Part shown: piece by piece, positions 60,380 through 64,000 of the stretch
Layout of the letters: every line of letters starts with the position of its first letter
Position numbering within the stretch: the first letter of the stretch is position 1
NCBI GenBank assembly: GCA_010093605.1
Contig: MU004184.1
Location: 1,684,801-1,748,800, forward strand
Direction of reading: 5' to 3'
Origin: Lophium mytilinum
Taxonomy: Eukaryota
DNA: 64,000 nucleotides
Notes under the pieces: model-generated
Database searches by the model: none
What the model was told of the DNA's origin: nothing
The model's input: the letters and a program-made list of their open reading frames with translations, nothing else
Position numbers and translations under genes: made by a program

Positions 60380-62181
60380 CTTGCGAAGTGTTTTGTGCGG
60401 CAGTTCCCAAGTATTGAAAGTCTGGTGAGTTGTCAGCCGTGTTGTTCAGGGATTGACATTCACCCAGAACTGGTATCATTCTGAGGGCCGTCACAACACG
60501 CTCCTACGCCGTATTCACCACCTTGAGAAGATTCCCAACGAGGCCAGAGACTGGGACCAAAAGTACATACCTGGGAGCGAGTATTCAGCAACGCAGGGGG
60601 CCGGCCGTAAAGAGCAAAGGTGTTCCCAAGGAAATGGCCAGATCGCGGCGGCGGCGGTTGAGCTGTTGAGGATACTACGGAGGGTTGCACATGCAGCGGA
60701 CAGTCGTCAAGCCAGTATCTATCAAAGCTCCGGGCGACTCGAGGACTCTGTGTGGACATTCTGATCAGCAGTGGTTCATGGGAATGTCGGTCAGGCACGG
60801 TTGGGCTTGGGGAAGGCCTGGGGTCATGGTGGCACAAACCGTGGCGACCCTGCTGGGAATAGAGCTCTCCCGTCGTATGCCGACTGTGGCAGTCCAACAA
60901 CGTCGACGGCACGCAAAGGAGCTTGTATCCCCAAGCGCAGAAAGGAGTGTTGCAGAGACGCAGGAACCCGCTGCGATTTGAAAACGGGAGCGTGTACGAC
61001 AGCACTCTCCGAGTGAATTCGTGAGTTCGGCGCCTTCACGGGCGAGAGGGGCTTGGGACTAGGATTCCTGGGGATGGTGGAGTGCTCAATGGGTGGGTGG
61101 CTTCTACGGATCAATCAGCTTCGCTGCCCAACATGAAAGGATCCATGCAGATGCCAGATGCTGTGGCACCGCACGTTGTCTCGCACCAAGGCCGGGCTGG
61201 GACAAAGAGGAAAGGCAAGCTTTTTCTGCACAGAAAGAAACATACCAGCGCTTCCTGGACAACAGAGACGGCCTGGTTCCGGTCGGGGGACAAAGGCGGC
61301 TCCCGCCCACAGCAGTGGGTGCAATGCTGAGACCAAGCCCCTGTAACTGCAACGAGACCCCGGGCTGCTCGTGCTCGCGAGCGATATATGGCGGTGAAGG
61401 GTGTTGATATGGCGATGAGTCTCCTGGCGGGCGTCCGGAGTTGAGGGCTGGTCGAGGGACGACGGAGACTGTCACAGTGGAGTGCTGGGAGCGTGCAGCG
61501 GGGCCCGTTCAGGGTCAGCGCGAGCCCATACTGTTGGTGCAGGACATGTGCAGTGCGGCGGCAATGGAGTGAGCGATGGGCGGCCGGGATTCGAAGAGGT
61601 GCGGCTCGTTTGAGGGACGGGGAGCGGGTGCTATACTGGGCAGGCACGGGACGAGAGGCTAGGTGTATAGGGTGAAAGTGGTGGGCAGCAGACTGCGGGG
61701 AATGGAGCTCGCGGTGAACGGCTCAAGCAGCAGGAGCACGGTGGGGATGGGACAGGCTTAGGGGGATCTCGCTGCCATTATTGCGACAGTTGAAGATGCA
61801 GCGGGCCCGCAACCCTGCGCTGGTCCCTGTATGCTCAGTCGTCCACTCTTGGTAGCGTTTCAGCGCTTGGCTGCCGACTGCTTGGGCACTTTGGCCCTTT
61901 GGCCCCTCCTGCCCTTTTCCTGCTCCCGAAGCACTCTTTCACCGTGCCGCCAGCCGTGCAGTCCGTTAGGGCTACCGCAAAGCCACTGGTCGTGCTGTGC
62001 GACTGCTCTGTGTCCCCGGATTGCCCCTATTTTCCGTCACCGGGGGCTATTCCTGCTATTCCTGGCCGCCGAGAGACGCATAGTCAGCCTTGCCCAGAGG
62101 CCCCAGCGTCGTTCTGCCAGGCTGCAAAACCTCAAATCTCCAGACGTCCATGCATCACCAACAACTCGACCGTCCAACACA

Positions 62182-63433
62182 ATGTCGCTCGTCTCTGGCC
62201 CCGGCCGCGGGGGCGGTTCCGACAGTGCTTTGCCCCAGGAGCTGCAGCTCTTCGTCGACAAGCACGTCCGCTACATCCAGAGCCTCGACAAGGTGCGCAG
62301 CGCTGGTCTTACCCTCGCCCCAAGCAGCTGTTCTCTACGCCCCGAGCCTCTTGGCTGACCTCGCAACAGCGCAAAGATGAGCTTGAGTACTGGCTGACAG
62401 AGCACCTGCGTCTCAACGGCCTGTACTGGGGCTTGACGGCTCTACATCTGCTCGGCCATCCCGACGCCCTCCCACGCAACGAGGTCGTCGACTTTGTGCT
62501 GTCGTGTCTGCATGACAGCGGTGGCTTCGGGGCCGCCCCAGGCCACGACGCGCACATGCTTTACACGGTGAGCGCCGTCCAAATCCTCGCCACGCTGGAT
62601 GCCTTTGACGACCTGGAAGCGCGCGTCGAGGGTGGCAGGCGGAAGGTTGCCCAGTGTAAGTGCGGCCCTTTGAGCCCCCGATTAGTGTTGCTGACTCTCC
62701 AGTCATTGCCAACTTGCAAGATGCCAAGAGCGGCACCTTCGCCGGCGACGAATGGGCCGAATGCGACACGCGCTTCCTCTACGGTGCTCTCAACGCCTTG
62801 TCACTCTTGGGTCACATGGACCTAATCGATGTAGACAAGGCCGTCGACCACGTGAAAACCTGCGCTAACTTTGACGGCGGCTATGGCACCGGCCCTGGTG
62901 CCGAGTCTCACGCCGGCCAAATCTTTACCTGTGTAGGTGCTCTGTCCATCGCTGGCCGTCTCGATCTGGTAGATCGAGACAAGCTAGGGGGATGGCTGAG
63001 CGAGAGGCAGCTGAAGAATGGCGGACTGAACGGTAGGCCGGAGAAGAAAGAAGATGTGTGCTACAGTTGGTGGGTTGCTAGCAGCCTTGCCATGATTGAC
63101 AGACTGCACTGGATTGACCAAAGCAAACTGACTGCTTTCATTTTGAGCTGTCAGGTAGGTGATCAGACGGCCTCTACCAAACTCCGCCTGACTGGTGTAG
63201 GACCCTGAACTGGGCGGGCTGGCAGACAGACCCGGGGACATGGTGGATGTCTTCCATACCCATTTCGGAATCGCCGGATTGAGCCTCCTCAAGTTCCCAG
63301 GCCTGGCCGAGATAGATCCCATCTAGTAAGTCGTTGCCGTTTTGAAGAAAGGAGAACGTGAATCCTGGGATCGGGCTGACGCTAACGCAGCTGCATGCCG
63401 TTGTCGGTAACGCGACGTATGGTGGGGAAGTGA
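62182..63433 (+). CDS. bet2: Rab geranylgeranyltransferase (type II) beta subunit; exons 62182-62292, 62370-62655, 62703-63154, 63201-63325, 63391-63433
   Basis: [84 protein letters not shown]. Confidence 0.95.
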
Positions 63434-64000
63434 AATAGGGGCTCTTTAGAGAACTGCTCAGTGTCTCTTCAGAGGTCTGTGTACACATCTTTGTCATCGT
63501 TGACGTGCTTTAATGGTGTCCTATACATCTAGCCGAGATGGAACATGCTCACCACGTAGACAAACTCGCAGCTTAGGCGTAAAGACAATGGACACTTGCT
63601 GCTGTCATGTGCTCCAGTATACTCTGGAAAGTCCAGGGACGATGTAATGATGCGAGGCTGGGGAGCTTTCAAGGTTTGGCACGGTGTGCTTCGGGGCCAC
63701 TTCCGAGATCACCGACTTGACGTATCGGCCTGATTAGGCTGTCTTTGACGATAGTTACACAGCTTGATGGATGATAGACTGTAGACCGCCTCAGCCCCGC
63801 GGCCGATGTCGCTGTAGATTAGAGCTAGAAGCCCTCCCGCTATCTAATACCTCCCGTCTCCTGCTCATGAGACGCGGGATACAAAGCCGGGGGAGAGCGA
63901 AGCCGTTGAGCGGTCACGATTGCGTCCACACGTGGCGTACCCTCTCCTCTCGACGGCTACATAATCAATCTTTCCTCGTCGCCCTGTTCTTCCTTCTTCA

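Noticed and set aside
60400..62180. ORFs between RhoGAP and bet2
   Set aside because: Likely long leader and divergent promoter; translations are low-information, and the 61899 ORF merely runs into bet2 exon 2.

Overview
Eukaryotic, intron-rich, gene-dense DNA from a filamentous ascomycete (Pezizomycotina, probably Dothideomycete-like; GT-AG introns with CTRAC branch points). About 28 protein-coding loci. A housekeeping backbone (mtfA-like C2H2 factor, CREG-like protein, rps30, rpl14, egd2, atp7, an SDR, rps2, arc40, U1A/U2B''-like RRM, atg10, pre10, pup3, mrpl25, RAD5/HLTF-like helicase, gdb1, RhoGAP, bet2) is interrupted by two accessory-looking islands. Island 1 (~10-17 kb) holds a BTB-like orphan, an ExoIII/AP endonuclease, and an intronless SprT-like(HAxxH)/Gly-rich/C-terminal J-domain gene bracketed by inverted arrays of a ~151-bp non-coding repeat with RIP-type mutations. 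Island 2 (~38-48 kb) holds orphans, an F-box gene, a disrupted STAND-N-terminal(SesA/HeLo-like)-to-G-alpha-like fusion gene abutting a head-to-head pair of paralogous 7-TM proteins, a ~246-bp duplication and a TA-flanked MITE with perfect TIRs. An AveC-like membrane gene with one in-frame stop is at 22.6-23.6 kb. No rRNA, tRNA or CRISPR array was recognised. All family calls are by-eye motif recognition and exon boundaries were read manually; no searches were run.
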